Source of the DNA: an uncultured delta proteobacterium
GTDB taxonomy: Bacteria; Desulfobacterota; RBG-13-43-22
Direction of reading: 5' to 3'
Length of the DNA: 32,000 nt
Assembly: GCA_963716045.1 (NCBI GenBank)
Contig: CAVQSS010000014.1
Span: forward strand, 29,972-61,971
Numbering within the stretch: the stretch's first letter is position 1; each line of letters opens with the position of its first letter. Position numbers and translations under genes: made by a program. The notes below the pieces were generated by a model. The model was not told the DNA's origin, ran no database searches, and saw only the letters and a program-made list of their open reading frames with translations. Positions 8,413 through 17,460 of the stretch are shown here, piece after piece.

Positions 8413-8607
8413 TCACCTCTCTGGGGTGATACCAGTCAAATGACCCCCCCCGATCACCGCGTAAACTTTTTCTATCCCGGTCATCTTCTGAGCCCGTTTT
8501 ATCGTATTAACGATCCCTCTATGGGCACAGCTGGAAACCACAACCAGTCCCTTTCCTTTTCCATTTAGAATTACAGCCTGTTCTCCGACCCTTTCTGCTT
8601 CTCCATT
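8413..8607 (-). pseudogene. C-terminal relic of an MBL-fold hydrolase gene (no start codon, opens directly after a stop)
   Basis: Reverse-strand hand translation gives ...GEQAVILNGKGKGLVVVSSCAHRGIVNTIKRAQKMTGIEKVYAVIGGGHLTGITPER*. The pattern (S/T)(G/S)C(A/S)H.GI.N......... then IGG.HL is typical of one MBL subfamily. Only about 60 codons remain. Confidence 0.45.
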
Positions 8608-8669
8608 TCACGACTTTGTTCTTAAGGTGATCAGCGGCATTGTTTGCCCTTTCGGATTTTGTGGAGATT

Positions 8670-11339
8670 TTATCCTCTACGCAGGACAATACTTTTCCTA
8701 ACTTCCTCAGCCAAAAATAGCAGGAAGGCGAAAGGCAGAAGAACAAGCCAGACAGACCAAGAGAGGGGAGAAGTCGAAAATATCCGGTTGCCCCAAGGGT
8801 GATAGACGATGAAAAGCTGAAGAAGGAGTTCAAAGCCTATGCCAATGAGGATCAGCGGGTTTGTGAACAATCCCAGTCCTATCACGGATTCTTTCGATGA
8901 CCGGCAGGCAAAGACATTCCCTATCTGGGAGATGATGATCGCCGTCAGGCAGGCGGTGGTGGCCTGCCGATAGCCCACGTGGTCCGGTAGAAGTATGGTT
9001 CCCCAGGTCCAGCCCTCGCCATACAGCACATAGAAGAATCCGAACATGCAGGCCGCCGCTTCGATAGGTCCGAGGAAGAGATAGGCTCGGGAAATGACCG
9101 AAAAATCGACAAGTCGTTCATCCCGGCCTCTAGGTGGTTGCTTCATGACCGAGGGCGTCGGCTTTTCCGTGCCGAGAGCGAGCGCCGGGAGCATGTCCGT
9201 GCCGAGGTCAACGGCCAGGATCTGCAGGATCGTCAGCGGCAAGGGGATCTTCAGCAGGATATAGGCCAGATAGGGCACGGCCTCAGGTATGTTCGAGGCA
9301 AAGATATAGGTGATGAACTTCCTGATATTCGCATAGACCGCCCGGCCTTCCTCCACCGCATTGACGATGCTGGCAAAGTTATCGTCCAGCAGGATCATGT
9401 CGGAAGCCTCTTTGGCCACATCCGTCCCGGAGATCCCCATGGCTATGCCGATATCGGCCTTCTTGAGAGCGGGAGCGTCATTCACGCCGTCGCCGGTCAC
9501 GGCGACGCGCTCCCCTTCTTCCTGCAAGACGGAAACCACCCGCATCTTGTGCTTGGGGGTCATGCGCGCGAAGATGACCTCCTTGGGAGAGAGTTTTTTT
9601 CGTAATTCCCCGTCATCCATCTTCACAAACTCCGGTCCTTCGATAACCACCGGTTCCCCCCTCACCAGCCCGACTTCACGGGCAATGGCCAAGGCGGTCC
9701 GGCTTCCATCCCCGGTGATCATAATGACCTTGATGCCGGCCTCATGGCATTTCCGGATAGCCTCGGGCACTTCAGGCCGCGGCGGATCTTCGAGACCGAT
9801 CAGGCCCGCAAAGACAAGCTCTGCTTCCAGGATCGAGTCCCTGGCCGGATTTTCTTCAGATCGCTCAACTGCCGAAGACTCGTTGCGGTCTTTATAGGCA
9901 AACGCCAGCACCCTTAAACCAAAATCCATGAGCTGATGGCTGGCATTCAGCGCCTTCTGTCTGAAGGCCTCATCCATCCGCTGCTCCGCTCCGTTCACCA
10001 GAGAAAGGCCGCATAAGGGCAAAATGCTTTCCATGGCCCCTTTGGTGAAAACATATTCTTTATCTTCCATCTTGTTCAGGGTGGTCATCCTTTTCCGGTC
10101 GGAGTCAAAGGGGATTTCGGAGAGGCGTTCTGCGCTCAGGTCACCCAGGTTTTCCCTGGACAGTTTCAGCAGAGCGGTCTCGGTCGGATCGCCTTGGTAT
10201 TCATTATCGACAAAGCGGGCATTGTTGCAGAGGAGTGCTGTCCGCATAAGCATATCATCGGCCTGCGGTCTATAATCTTTGGCTTCAATGACCTGATCGC
10301 CCTTCCATATTTTTGAGGCAGTCATTCTGTTTTGAGTGAGGGTACCGGTCTTGTCCGTGCAGACCACGGTTACACAACCCAGTGTCTCGACCGAGGAAAG
10401 GTTTTTAATCAAAGCCTTCCTTTTTACCATGCGCTGGCTGGCCATAGCCAGGGAAAGAGTGACCGTCGGCAGCAACCCCTCCGGGATGAGGGCGACTGTG
10501 ATGCCGATGGTAAAGATGAAATTGTCCCAGAAGTTCCTCCCGATAAAGAAGCCGAGGCCAAAAAAGAAGAGGCCGACCCCGGCGGCGATGGTCGCTACCA
10601 GGCGGGTTGCTTTTTGGATCTCTTTCTGGAGGGGGCTCAGGGTCGGTTCAACGGAACCGGTCAGGTGGGCTATCCGGCCAAACTCGGTCCCCATGCCGGT
10701 TGCAAAGACGAGCGCTTTCCCCGAGCCGCTGGTGACGGATGTCCCGGCAAAGACAATATTGGGGCTTTCCAGCAGTTCGCCTGGCGAAGGACCATGGTCC
10801 TTCAGGCCGGCTTCCGATTCCCCCGTGAGAGCGGCACTGTTCACCTTCAGCCTGGAACTTTCTATCAGCCGGGCGTCGGCCGGTACCCGATCGCCTTCGG
10901 AAAGCAGGATGATGTCCCCCGGTACTATTTCGCGCGAATGGGCCTTCTTTTCCGTTCCTTCCCGGATAATCTGCACATAAAACGGCAGGAGTTTTTTTAA
11001 GGCCTCCAGGGCTTTCTCGGCCCGGTATTCCTGGATAAAGGTGAAGATCGCATTGATAAGAATGACCCCGACGATGGCAACGCCGAGTGTGGACATGCCT
11101 TCTCCGGGATGGAGATAGGCGGAGAGGAACGAAAGGCCGGCGCCGATCCAGAGCAATACAGCCAGAAAATGAGTGAACTGTCCCAGGAACCGCAGGAATA
11201 GCGAGGTCCTGGCTCCCTCTCTGATTTCGTTGAACCCGTTTTCCGAGAGTCTTTTGGCCGCCTCGGTCTCCGAAAGACCGCCCTCCGAACTTACCAGCGC
11301 CCTGAGGGCCTCCGCTCTCGAAAGGCTGTTAATCTTCAT
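8670..11339 (-). CDS. Cation-translocating P-type ATPase, type II (SERCA/PMCA-like, Ca2+/Mg2+ class)
   Basis: 889 aa. Motifs present: N-terminal Cation_ATPase_N-like GLSETEAAKRLSENGFNEI, TGES, PEGL in TM4 (ALIPEGLLPTV), phosphorylation motif CTDKTGTLT, and TGDGVNDAPALKKADIGIAMG. Confidence 0.9.
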   Translation of the reverse strand: MKINSLSRAEALRALVSSEGGLSETEAAKRLSENGFNEIREGARTSLFLRFLGQFTHFLAVLLWIGAGLSFLSAYLHPGEGMSTLGVAIVGVILINAIFTFIQEYRAEKALEALKKLLPFYVQIIREGTEKKAHSREIVPGDIILLSEGDRVPADARLIESSRLKVNSAALTGESEAGLKDHGPSPGELLESPNIVFAGTSVTSGSGKALVFATGMGTEFGRIAHLTGSVEPTLSPLQKEIQKATRLVATIAAGVGLFFFGLGFFIGRNFWDNFIFTIGITVALIPEGLLPTVTLSLAMASQRMVKRKALIKNLSSVETLGCVTVVCTDKTGTLTQNRMTASKIWKGDQVIEAKDYRPQADDMLMRTALLCNNARFVDNEYQGDPTETALLKLSRENLGDLSAERLSEIPFDSDRKRMTTLNKMEDKEYVFTKGAMESILPLCGLSLVNGAEQRMDEAFRQKALNASHQLMDFGLRVLAFAYKDRNESSAVERSEENPARDSILEAELVFAGLIGLEDPPRPEVPEAIRKCHEAGIKVIMITGDGSRTALAIAREVGLVRGEPVVIEGPEFVKMDDGELRKKLSPKEVIFARMTPKHKMRVVSVLQEEGERVAVTGDGVNDAPALKKADIGIAMGISGTDVAKEASDMILLDDNFASIVNAVEEGRAVYANIRKFITYIFASNIPEAVPYLAYILLKIPLPLTILQILAVDLGTDMLPALALGTEKPTPSVMKQPPRGRDERLVDFSVISRAYLFLGPIEAAACMFGFFYVLYGEGWTWGTILLPDHVGYRQATTACLTAIIISQIGNVFACRSSKESVIGLGLFTNPLILIGIGFELLLQLFIVYHPWGNRIFSTSPLSWSVWLVLLPFAFLLFLAEEVRKSIVLRRG

Positions 11340-12168
11340 GGCGCGGCTTCAGGATAATGAGGTCGCAGGGTGCTTCCTTGAGGACTTCTTCAACCGGATT
11401 GCCTTGAAGCAGGGAGGCCAAGAGACTTCTTTCGCTGGCACCCATGATGATGAGGTCATGCCGTTTGGCGAAGGCCTCGATGGTTATATTCCTGGCGGTT
11501 CGGCCCGGCAAAAGCCTTCCCTCATGCTCGATATCCTGTTGTTTGAGGTAGTCCATGAAACGGGAAATGTCGGGTGATACCCGCTCTTCCCATTCAGGGG
11601 GGGTCAGGTGTACCTCACCGCGGAGGAATTTTTCAACCGGCTTGGGCGTATGAAAGACGAAGACCTTAGAGCCGAAGGCCTTGGCCATGGAGGCGGCAAA
11701 ATGGGCTCGCTCCGCGATACGATCGATTTTGGCTTTCAGCGGGACCAGGATCTTCCGGGGATGTACTCTCCCGTAATGGACCACCCGCATGAGCGCGACC
11801 GAACAGGGCAACTTTAGGGAGAGGCGGCGTACCACTGTGTCCGAGTAAAACCTTCTTTCCAGATCCTCCCGGCGGGTGGCGGCAAAGACGATTTCTATTC
11901 CCTCGTGTCTGACTACCGCGTCAATCTCTTTAACCGCCTCACCCTTTCGGGTGATGCTCTCGACACGAACCTCAAGTTTCTCCGCCTCAACGAAGAGCCT
12001 CTTCATGGCTTCCTGAGCTCTGTTTAAGCTCTCCTCCGGGGCGCCTTTTTCGGCGATAAAGCAGGTGTAGAACTTGGCGCGGCAGGATTTGGAGAGATGC
12101 AGGGCGCAACGCCCCGTAACCTCTGAATTGATATGTTCGTTGACGGCAACAAGGATTTTCTTATACAT
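11329..12168 (-). CDS. Tandem universal stress protein (UspA-family, two Usp domains)
   Basis: It begins MYKKILVAVNEH... and ends ...DLIIMGASERSLLASLLQGNPVEEVLKEAPCDLIILKP. A second KILVPLK start motif lies mid-protein. The 3' end overlaps the ATPase start by 11 nt, so the two are probably co-transcribed. Confidence 0.8.
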   Translation of the reverse strand: MYKKILVAVNEHINSEVTGRCALHLSKSCRAKFYTCFIAEKGAPEESLNRAQEAMKRLFVEAEKLEVRVESITRKGEAVKEIDAVVRHEGIEIVFAATRREDLERRFYSDTVVRRLSLKLPCSVALMRVVHYGRVHPRKILVPLKAKIDRIAERAHFAASMAKAFGSKVFVFHTPKPVEKFLRGEVHLTPPEWEERVSPDISRFMDYLKQQDIEHEGRLLPGRTARNITIEAFAKRHDLIIMGASERSLLASLLQGNPVEEVLKEAPCDLIILKPRHED

Positions 12169-12330
12169 TATATTATTAGTGCACTAAATTAGGGTGGATA
12201 GACAACTAGGTCGGATATTTACCCTAGGGCGACTCCTGAGAGATTCTTCCGACCCATATCGACCGTTTTATTCGAAATGAAAATTTGTGGATTACAGGAA
12301 GCTACTCGTTTCCCCAACAGATTTATTTCC

Positions 12331-12360
12331 TTGATATTTCCTGAAAATCCTCAATAATAC
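12331..12360 (+). promoter_or_regulatory. Candidate sigma70-type promoter for the HU gene
   Basis: TTGATA (12331-12336), a 17-nt spacer, then ATAATA (12354-12359), about 50 nt upstream of the ATG. This is pattern only. Confidence 0.35.
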
Positions 12361-12408
12361 TCCCACCTGATCTCAAGGATTAAATAAACCAGTAAGGAGG
12401 AATTGTCA

Positions 12409-12678
12409 ATGAACAAAGAGGATCTGGTCAGTCAAGTGGCTAAATTCGTCGCAACGAAAAAGGAAGCCGAAGCGGTGGTTGATTCAGTCTTTGGGGCGAT
12501 AGCCAAGGCATTGAAGGAGGGAGACCGGGTGAATTTGGCCGGGTTTGGAACCTTCACCGTCGTCGATAAACCTCCCCGGAAGGGACGGAACCCGAAGACG
12601 GGGGAGGAAATTGATATTGCCGCCAAGAAAGTCCCAAAGTTCAACCCCGGAAAAGGCCTGAAGGATGCCGTAAAATAG
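12409..12678 (+). CDS. hup: HU-family nucleoid-associated DNA-binding protein
   Basis: MNKEDLVSQVA...AGFGTFTVVDKPPRKGRNPKTGEEIDIAAKKVPKFNPGKGLKDAV is a canonical HU/IHF fold signature. The ATG at 12409 is 8 nt after AAGGAGG and is preferred to the track start (TTG at 12403). Confidence 0.9.
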   Translation: MNKEDLVSQVAKFVATKKEAEAVVDSVFGAIAKALKEGDRVNLAGFGTFTVVDKPPRKGRNPKTGEEIDIAAKKVPKFNPGKGLKDAVK

Positions 12679-12816
12679 GGCGGTGGCCAATGGGAAGAGC
12701 CCCTGGGACTAAACGGTCCGGGAGTTTTTGCTTTCTTGGAAACTTACCAACAGGTAAAAGAATGACCAAACTGGACAGACACCTTATTCAGGACAGCCCA
12801 GTATGGCCATTTCGGT

Positions 12817-13575
12817 CTATCTTAAGGTATACCCCCGGCCATCGAGGCAGGCACTGATCGCCCGCAGATAATCCGAGTTCTTTTGGGTGGTCTGAGCATC
12901 GGGTCGGCCGGCAGGTGGCTGTGACGGATCGAAGCCTGTCTGACCAACAGCCCAATTGTGGCAGGCGTTATAATCCTTGGCCTGTTGCTCTTCGCTTTGA
13001 CTCTGGCGGGGATAGACAAACATCCGACCGCCCGATCCTTGGCTTGCTGACGGCGGTGGCGCCTGACTTCTTGCGGACGGAGGTGGAGAATAATTTGTCG
13101 GGGGTGGGGGTGCGTAGGCCGGCGCCGGCCGGCGTACAACACCGGGGATCTGGTTTCCCTTCGAATACATGCATTGCTGATAGGCTATGTCGTAGCGCCT
13201 CTGGAGCTGATACCCGGAAGCAGCGCCCTCGTTGGCTCCGATGGAGGTTCCGCCGAGAAGGCCGGCCCCGGCACCTATGGCCGCTCCGGCGCCCGCGTTG
13301 CCCGTGGCAGCACCGATCACCGCACCCAGGCCGGCCCCTACCATCGTTCCGACGACCGCTCCGGTGGCCAGGTTTTCATTGGCGGTCTGGCTTGGCGATG
13401 TACCTCCTATCTGGAACTGAGCCCACTCTCGGCAGACACCGTCATCAGCCATGAACACCTCATAGGGCTTTCCCGGGCTCGGCATAACCGAGACGGTTGG
13501 TCCTATCGGCATCGTGGCGCATCCGCTCAGGAACACGACCGTTAATAAGACAAGAAGACCGGATTTCCAGTTCAT
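12817..13575 (-). CDS. Glycine-zipper (YMGG-like) outer-membrane lipoprotein with a Pro-rich linker
   Basis: The start is moved to the ATG at 13575 (MNWKSGLLVLLTVVFLSGC, which has a lipobox LSGC), preceded by AAGGGAG. It has a Gly-zipper (GAVVGTMVGAGLGAVIGAATGNAGAGAAIGAGAGLLGG) and a proline-rich stretch (PAPAYAPPPPTNYSPPPS). Confidence 0.7.
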   Translation of the reverse strand: MNWKSGLLVLLTVVFLSGCATMPIGPTVSVMPSPGKPYEVFMADDGVCREWAQFQIGGTSPSQTANENLATGAVVGTMVGAGLGAVIGAATGNAGAGAAIGAGAGLLGGTSIGANEGAASGYQLQRRYDIAYQQCMYSKGNQIPGVVRRPAPAYAPPPPTNYSPPPSARSQAPPPSASQGSGGRMFVYPRQSQSEEQQAKDYNACHNWAVGQTGFDPSQPPAGRPDAQTTQKNSDYLRAISACLDGRGYTLR

Positions 13576-13859
13576 GTTATCTCCCTTCTTTTCCCGACTG
13601 GGGAGGAGTCGGAACCACCCTCGTCCACCCACCCGGACAGTTTGCGACATAGGGATAATACTTTTTCATCGTTTATTCTCCCCTAATGCCTGGAGCGAGC
13701 AACTGATTCAATCCTCTTTATTCTAAATAAGACTTTGAATTGACAAAAAAGTTAAAAATATTCATAACGACGCCTTGCGTGCCCGGAGAAGGATAATCAG
13801 GCAAACACAAAAGCCCAAATCATGACAGCGGGTCTCAAAAAAAGCTCGTGGTGACAGCC

Positions 13860-15056
13860 TCATCCGATCAACCCTTTTACTCCTCCATTCCACTCCGCCA
13901 ACATCCGTTCGCCGATCTCCCGGAACTCGGGGTGATTGCCTATGTATGTCGAGATCATATTCTGTGTCTCCGTTACCGCCTCGGCCGACCGCTCGAAGGT
14001 GTCGGCGATCGTTCCCACCGGCAGCGACAGATAGGACACGGCAAAGCGCTCCAGCACCCTGCGCGGCCACCACTTCTTGGATCCCCCTATCGTCAGGGCG
14101 GGAACGTCTTTTTGGATATAGGCCGTCGTGGTCACCAGGTCGTAGACCGGGGCCAGGGTCACCTTGCCGAGCGGGGAGGGGTATAACACGCCGAAGTTCT
14201 TCAGGTGGCCGTCGCCGTTTCGCAGCATGACCGACAGAACCAATGTTGAAAAAAACTGCGCCCGTGCCGACAGCAGGTTGTCGCCTGAGACAAAATCCCT
14301 GATGGTCCCGGCCAGCCGCTCATAGCTCCCGGTGTATTTCTGGGCGGTCCCCAATGCCTGGAGGCTGCACATATCCTCGAAGCCGATGAAGGCCCCCTGC
14401 GGTGTAATGTCGAAACGACGCAGGATGAAGAGGCCGCCGTTGTCCGAGAGATGGAATTCCGGAACCGGCAGGCCGGCCCGTTTCGCAGCCGTCATGCAGA
14501 AAAACTCATTGGCGGCCAACTGCGGGTAATCGGTACCCCACGACTTGACGATATGGCCCGAGGACGAAAGCGTACCGCGCTCCGTGGCCTCCAGCATGAC
14601 CTTCGGCTGGATGCCTGAAATTCCGGAGCGGAGGGCATAGCGGGCCACCAGCTCCTGGAATAGCTCCCGGCTGTCCGGGTAGGTGAGCATTTCGTCGAGG
14701 GACTCGGGAGTTTCCACCGGGTGCGGCGTTTCGTCTCCGGGAAGATAGAAACGGTTTCTCCCTACCTGGTTCCCCCCGGTCACCCGCAGGATCGCCAGGT
14801 CATCCTCCCCCACCAGCTTGGCGATGGCCCGTCGGATCGTCTCCAGCAGGGCGCCTTCCGGCAGATTCATCTGAAAAATGGGGTGCAGGTCGCGGCTCAG
14901 CCAACTCGCCAGACGCACCGGCATGGTCAGGGAGACCTGGGCGTCGGCAGCGGCCTCCGGGGAGTAAGCGAATACATATTCTCGATTCGGCTCCCGGGCC
15001 AGAAGGCCGGACCGCCGGTCCGCGGCCCAGACGGCCAGTGGTGACACACCGCTCAT
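13860..15056 (-). CDS. hipA: HipA-family type II toxin (Ser/Thr kinase)
   Basis: 398 aa with N-terminal coupling-domain features (FQMNLPEG), GISGIQPKV, and a C-terminal kinase-like region (RNGDGHLKNFGVLY). The start overlaps the stop of the upstream HTH gene by 1 nt. Confidence 0.85.
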   Translation of the reverse strand: MSGVSPLAVWAADRRSGLLAREPNREYVFAYSPEAAADAQVSLTMPVRLASWLSRDLHPIFQMNLPEGALLETIRRAIAKLVGEDDLAILRVTGGNQVGRNRFYLPGDETPHPVETPESLDEMLTYPDSRELFQELVARYALRSGISGIQPKVMLEATERGTLSSSGHIVKSWGTDYPQLAANEFFCMTAAKRAGLPVPEFHLSDNGGLFILRRFDITPQGAFIGFEDMCSLQALGTAQKYTGSYERLAGTIRDFVSGDNLLSARAQFFSTLVLSVMLRNGDGHLKNFGVLYPSPLGKVTLAPVYDLVTTTAYIQKDVPALTIGGSKKWWPRRVLERFAVSYLSLPVGTIADTFERSAEAVTETQNMISTYIGNHPEFREIGERMLAEWNGGVKGLIG

Positions 15057-15301
15057 CAGCGAAACTCCTCGTTACGCAAATCCTCCAGCGTCGGCGGTCT
15101 GCCTGCCGGACGGACCTTCAATTCCAGTCCCAGGAAATCGAGCAGCCGGATCAGTTTCCGAACTCCGATCTCCTGCACCGTACCGTTCTCGATCTGCCCG
15201 ATAGTAGTACGACTCATCCCCAGGTTTTTGGCCAGTTCCGCCTGGGTAATCTTGCGGCTTTTCCGCACCTTCCGAATTTGTTGACCGATATCGAAAAGCA
15301 T
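15056..15301 (-). CDS. hipB: XRE-family HTH antitoxin (HipB-like)
   Basis: 81 aa. IRKVRKSRKITQAELAKNLGMSRTTIGQIENG is a classic Cro/C1 HTH. It sits immediately upstream of, and overlaps, hipA. Confidence 0.8.
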   Translation of the reverse strand: MLFDIGQQIRKVRKSRKITQAELAKNLGMSRTTIGQIENGTVQEIGVRKLIRLLDFLGLELKVRPAGRPPTLEDLRNEEFR

Positions 15302-15367
15302 AGATGTATTTTATATAATGTATTATCGCCTGTAAAGAACAATATGATTCGCAAATAATGCAATTAA

Positions 15368-15613
15368 GAGGGTCTGGATATCACGGCTGCCATCAATGTC
15401 TGTTATGATATTTCCGATCAAGAGACTTATTTACGGGAACTCTCCGGATTGCATGAGGCCATGAAATATTTCGGACTTCGGGAAGCCCTGCTCATCACCG
15501 CCGAAGCCCAGCCGGAAGAGATTAAGGTGATGAACCTGCACTTAGCCGAATCCAGTTCTACCCATTATAGATTATTAAGGCCTTCTGTGTGCTTTGCAAG
15601 AAAAAAGGCATAA
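15368..15613 (+). pseudogene. C-terminal relic of an AAA-type ATPase gene (DUF4143-like tail); no start
   Basis: The frame opens right after a stop. The translation GLDITAAINVCYDISDQETYLRELSGLHEAMKYFGLREALLITAEAQPEEIKVMNLH... resembles the conserved tail of the widespread ATPase/DUF4143 family (..V.Y.......REI.GL.EA......IIT...). Confidence 0.4.
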
Positions 15614-15644
15614 GGAATTGGTCCTGTCGAACTGATGGAATATA

Positions 15645-15673
15645 TTGAGCTATACTTCTTTTTTTGATACTAT
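15645..15673 (+). promoter_or_regulatory. Candidate sigma70-type promoter upstream of the NDT/TIR-like gene
   Basis: TTGAGC (15645-50), a 17-nt spacer, then TACTAT (15668-73). It lies about 190 nt upstream of the ATG, so it is tentative. Confidence 0.3.
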
Positions 15674-15863
15674 CCGTCCGCTCTCAACCTTTTTTGAAAA
15701 CTTTTCGATAATCATCACCTTGAATTTTTTCGAACCGCCCCCCTCGGCCGATCAGGCGGTACGGGTTTCCCCGGTTGCTTGTAAGCAGGATCAACCGTTT
15801 TACCTGACGCGCAGTTATCGGCTCCGGCGGTCAGATCAATCCTGAATGAGGAGGTAATTTACC

Positions 15864-16688
15864 ATGCGCTCTAGTGAAATGGACCAACGCGGTCTGGGCA
15901 TACGGGACATGGTCCAGCATCTGACCGGAGGCCGTCCTTTTATTTTTATGATCATGGCCTATGACGACAGGTGGGAACTCTTCAAGCGGATCAGCCAGAT
16001 TGTCGCGAAGCATTTTGACCTGGCCTGCATCCGGGCCGATCATGTCAAAGGCGCCGGCTATGACCTCCTGGCCAAGATACATCTATTAATCAGCCGTTCC
16101 GAACTGGTCATAGCCGATATCAGCAAACCGAGCCCCAACGTCTATTATGAAATCGGCTACGCGGTGGGGGCCCGGAAGCAGCCCCTGCTGCTGGTTCAAA
16201 AGGGTACGGAAATCCCCACGGATTTGAAAGGCCTGGAGGTCGTGGAATACCGGTATGACCGTGACGGCAAGAAGGCCTTTGAAAAGGAATTGGTCGATCA
16301 TCTCCGACTGCGTTTGAGTTCGGAGTTGCCTCTGTTGCGGGACATGTTGGAATCGCCGGTTTCGCAACCGGCCTACATCGTCAGCAGCCCCAAATACCCA
16401 GGAAGGCATAGCCGTCTATCTGGGGCAGGTCTACGACCGGCGAACCTTTGGCGACCACCTGGGCATCCTGGGGCTGATCTCGGCCTTCGGCTCCATGTGG
16501 GGGGAAGCCAAGGGCATAGATCTAATTTCCGGGCAGCACAGCCCCCCCGACCTTCTGGACCTTCCCGCCAGCCTCTATTTAATCGGTTCCGGAAAGGTCA
16601 ACGCCCCTTCAGGGAAGATGCTGGCCCTGCTCCAGGGGGACAGAGAGCCGAACTGGCATTTTGGTCCGGCCCCGGGATATTCTTATGA
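15864..16688 (+). CDS. Nucleoside 2-deoxyribosyltransferase-like / TIR-like Rossmannoid domain protein; 5' part of a frameshifted gene
   Basis: GAGGAGG lies 9 nt before the ATG. Residues ~20-175 look coding (PFIFMIMAYDD...VIADISKPSPNVYYEIGYAVGARKQPLLLV, the NDT/TIR-clan pattern with conserved Glu). After ...AYIVSSPKYPG (about 16400) the frame becomes Arg/Gly/Pro junk while frame +1 becomes sensible. Confidence 0.55.
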   Translation: MRSSEMDQRGLGIRDMVQHLTGGRPFIFMIMAYDDRWELFKRISQIVAKHFDLACIRADHVKGAGYDLLAKIHLLISRSELVIADISKPSPNVYYEIGYAVGARKQPLLLVQKGTEIPTDLKGLEVVEYRYDRDGKKAFEKELVDHLRLRLSSELPLLRDMLESPVSQPAYIVSSPKYPGRHSRLSGAGLRPANLWRPPGHPGADLGLRLHVGGSQGHRSNFRAAQPPRPSGPSRQPLFNRFRKGQRPFREDAGPAPGGQRAELAFWSGPGIFL

Positions 16689-17070
16689 AGACAAAGATTG
16701 GCCAGTTGTTCTGTACAGGATGAAGGGCCGGAAACAGATAACAGTAAAAGGCAAACTTGAAGAAATGGGTCCGGACCGGGCCGAGGTCTGGACCCAGGAT
16801 TACGGGATTATCGTCCGGGGACCTCATCCCCGACATCCCGATCGCCTGGCGCTGATTATCGCCGGTGCCCACAGCCTGGGCACGGGAGCGGCCAGTTTGG
16901 CCGCCACCCGTTCCGTCATGATCCAAAAGATCAAGGGGAAATTACCGGAAAAAGTCCTGGAAGACAAAAAGAGGGCTTTCTGGGTACTGGTCAAAGGAAC
17001 GACCTCAGGAAAAGACCTCCTTCTCGATGAAGAGGGGGTCAGTATCGAAGAGGCCGGGGTTTATGATTGA
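16495..17070 (+). CDS. Unknown-function C-terminal domain; continuation of the preceding gene in another frame
   Basis: This frame is open from 16318 and reads sensibly from about 16400 (EGIAVYLGQVYDRRTFGDHLGILGLISAFGSMWGEAKG...). It contains ...DRLALIIAGAHSLGTGAASLAAT... and I recognise no family. Confidence 0.5.
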   Translation: MWGEAKGIDLISGQHSPPDLLDLPASLYLIGSGKVNAPSGKMLALLQGDREPNWHFGPAPGYSYEDKDWPVVLYRMKGRKQITVKGKLEEMGPDRAEVWTQDYGIIVRGPHPRHPDRLALIIAGAHSLGTGAASLAATRSVMIQKIKGKLPEKVLEDKKRAFWVLVKGTTSGKDLLLDEEGVSIEEAGVYD

Positions 17071-17460
17071 TAAATTTTTTTCGAGCCCACTGTCGTTCCT
17101 CCCCTTCAGGTTGAGTTTTCAAATAAATTTCCCTTCGTAGCTAACTCTCCCTTCCAAACTCCTAAACTCTACCTTCCTTTAAAGCCTCCTGTTTAGGTCT
17201 GATCATTTAATTAATTGAAATAAATAGGTTTTTATTGCCGGCCCTCCATGGCATGCACCTTGCTCCGAGGTATTAAAAAAGACCCCATCAAAAAAGGGGG
17301 CAGCCGCTGGACGAGCCTCCGGCACCCGACCTTCGGGAAGAACTTGACGAAATATCCCGGCAGGGCATCAAGGAACGGCTCTCCGCGGATATGCGGGAAC
17401 CTCTGATAAACAGGTTAGAGTAGCCGTTCGAACCCTCCGGGAAAATGAAAGGAGCGTCCA

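Noticed and set aside
12679-12760. Intrinsic terminator after the HU gene (ctgggac-taaac-ggtccggg followed by agttttt)
   Set aside because: The stem is short and has a mismatch and a G-U pair, so it is too weak to report as a feature.
17270-17440. About 45 codons of coding-looking sequence (QPLDEPPAPDLREELDEISRQGIKERLSADMREPLINRLE*)
   Set aside because: It has no start codon, begins after an in-frame stop, and has no family I can recognise. It could be another gene stump, but the support is insufficient.
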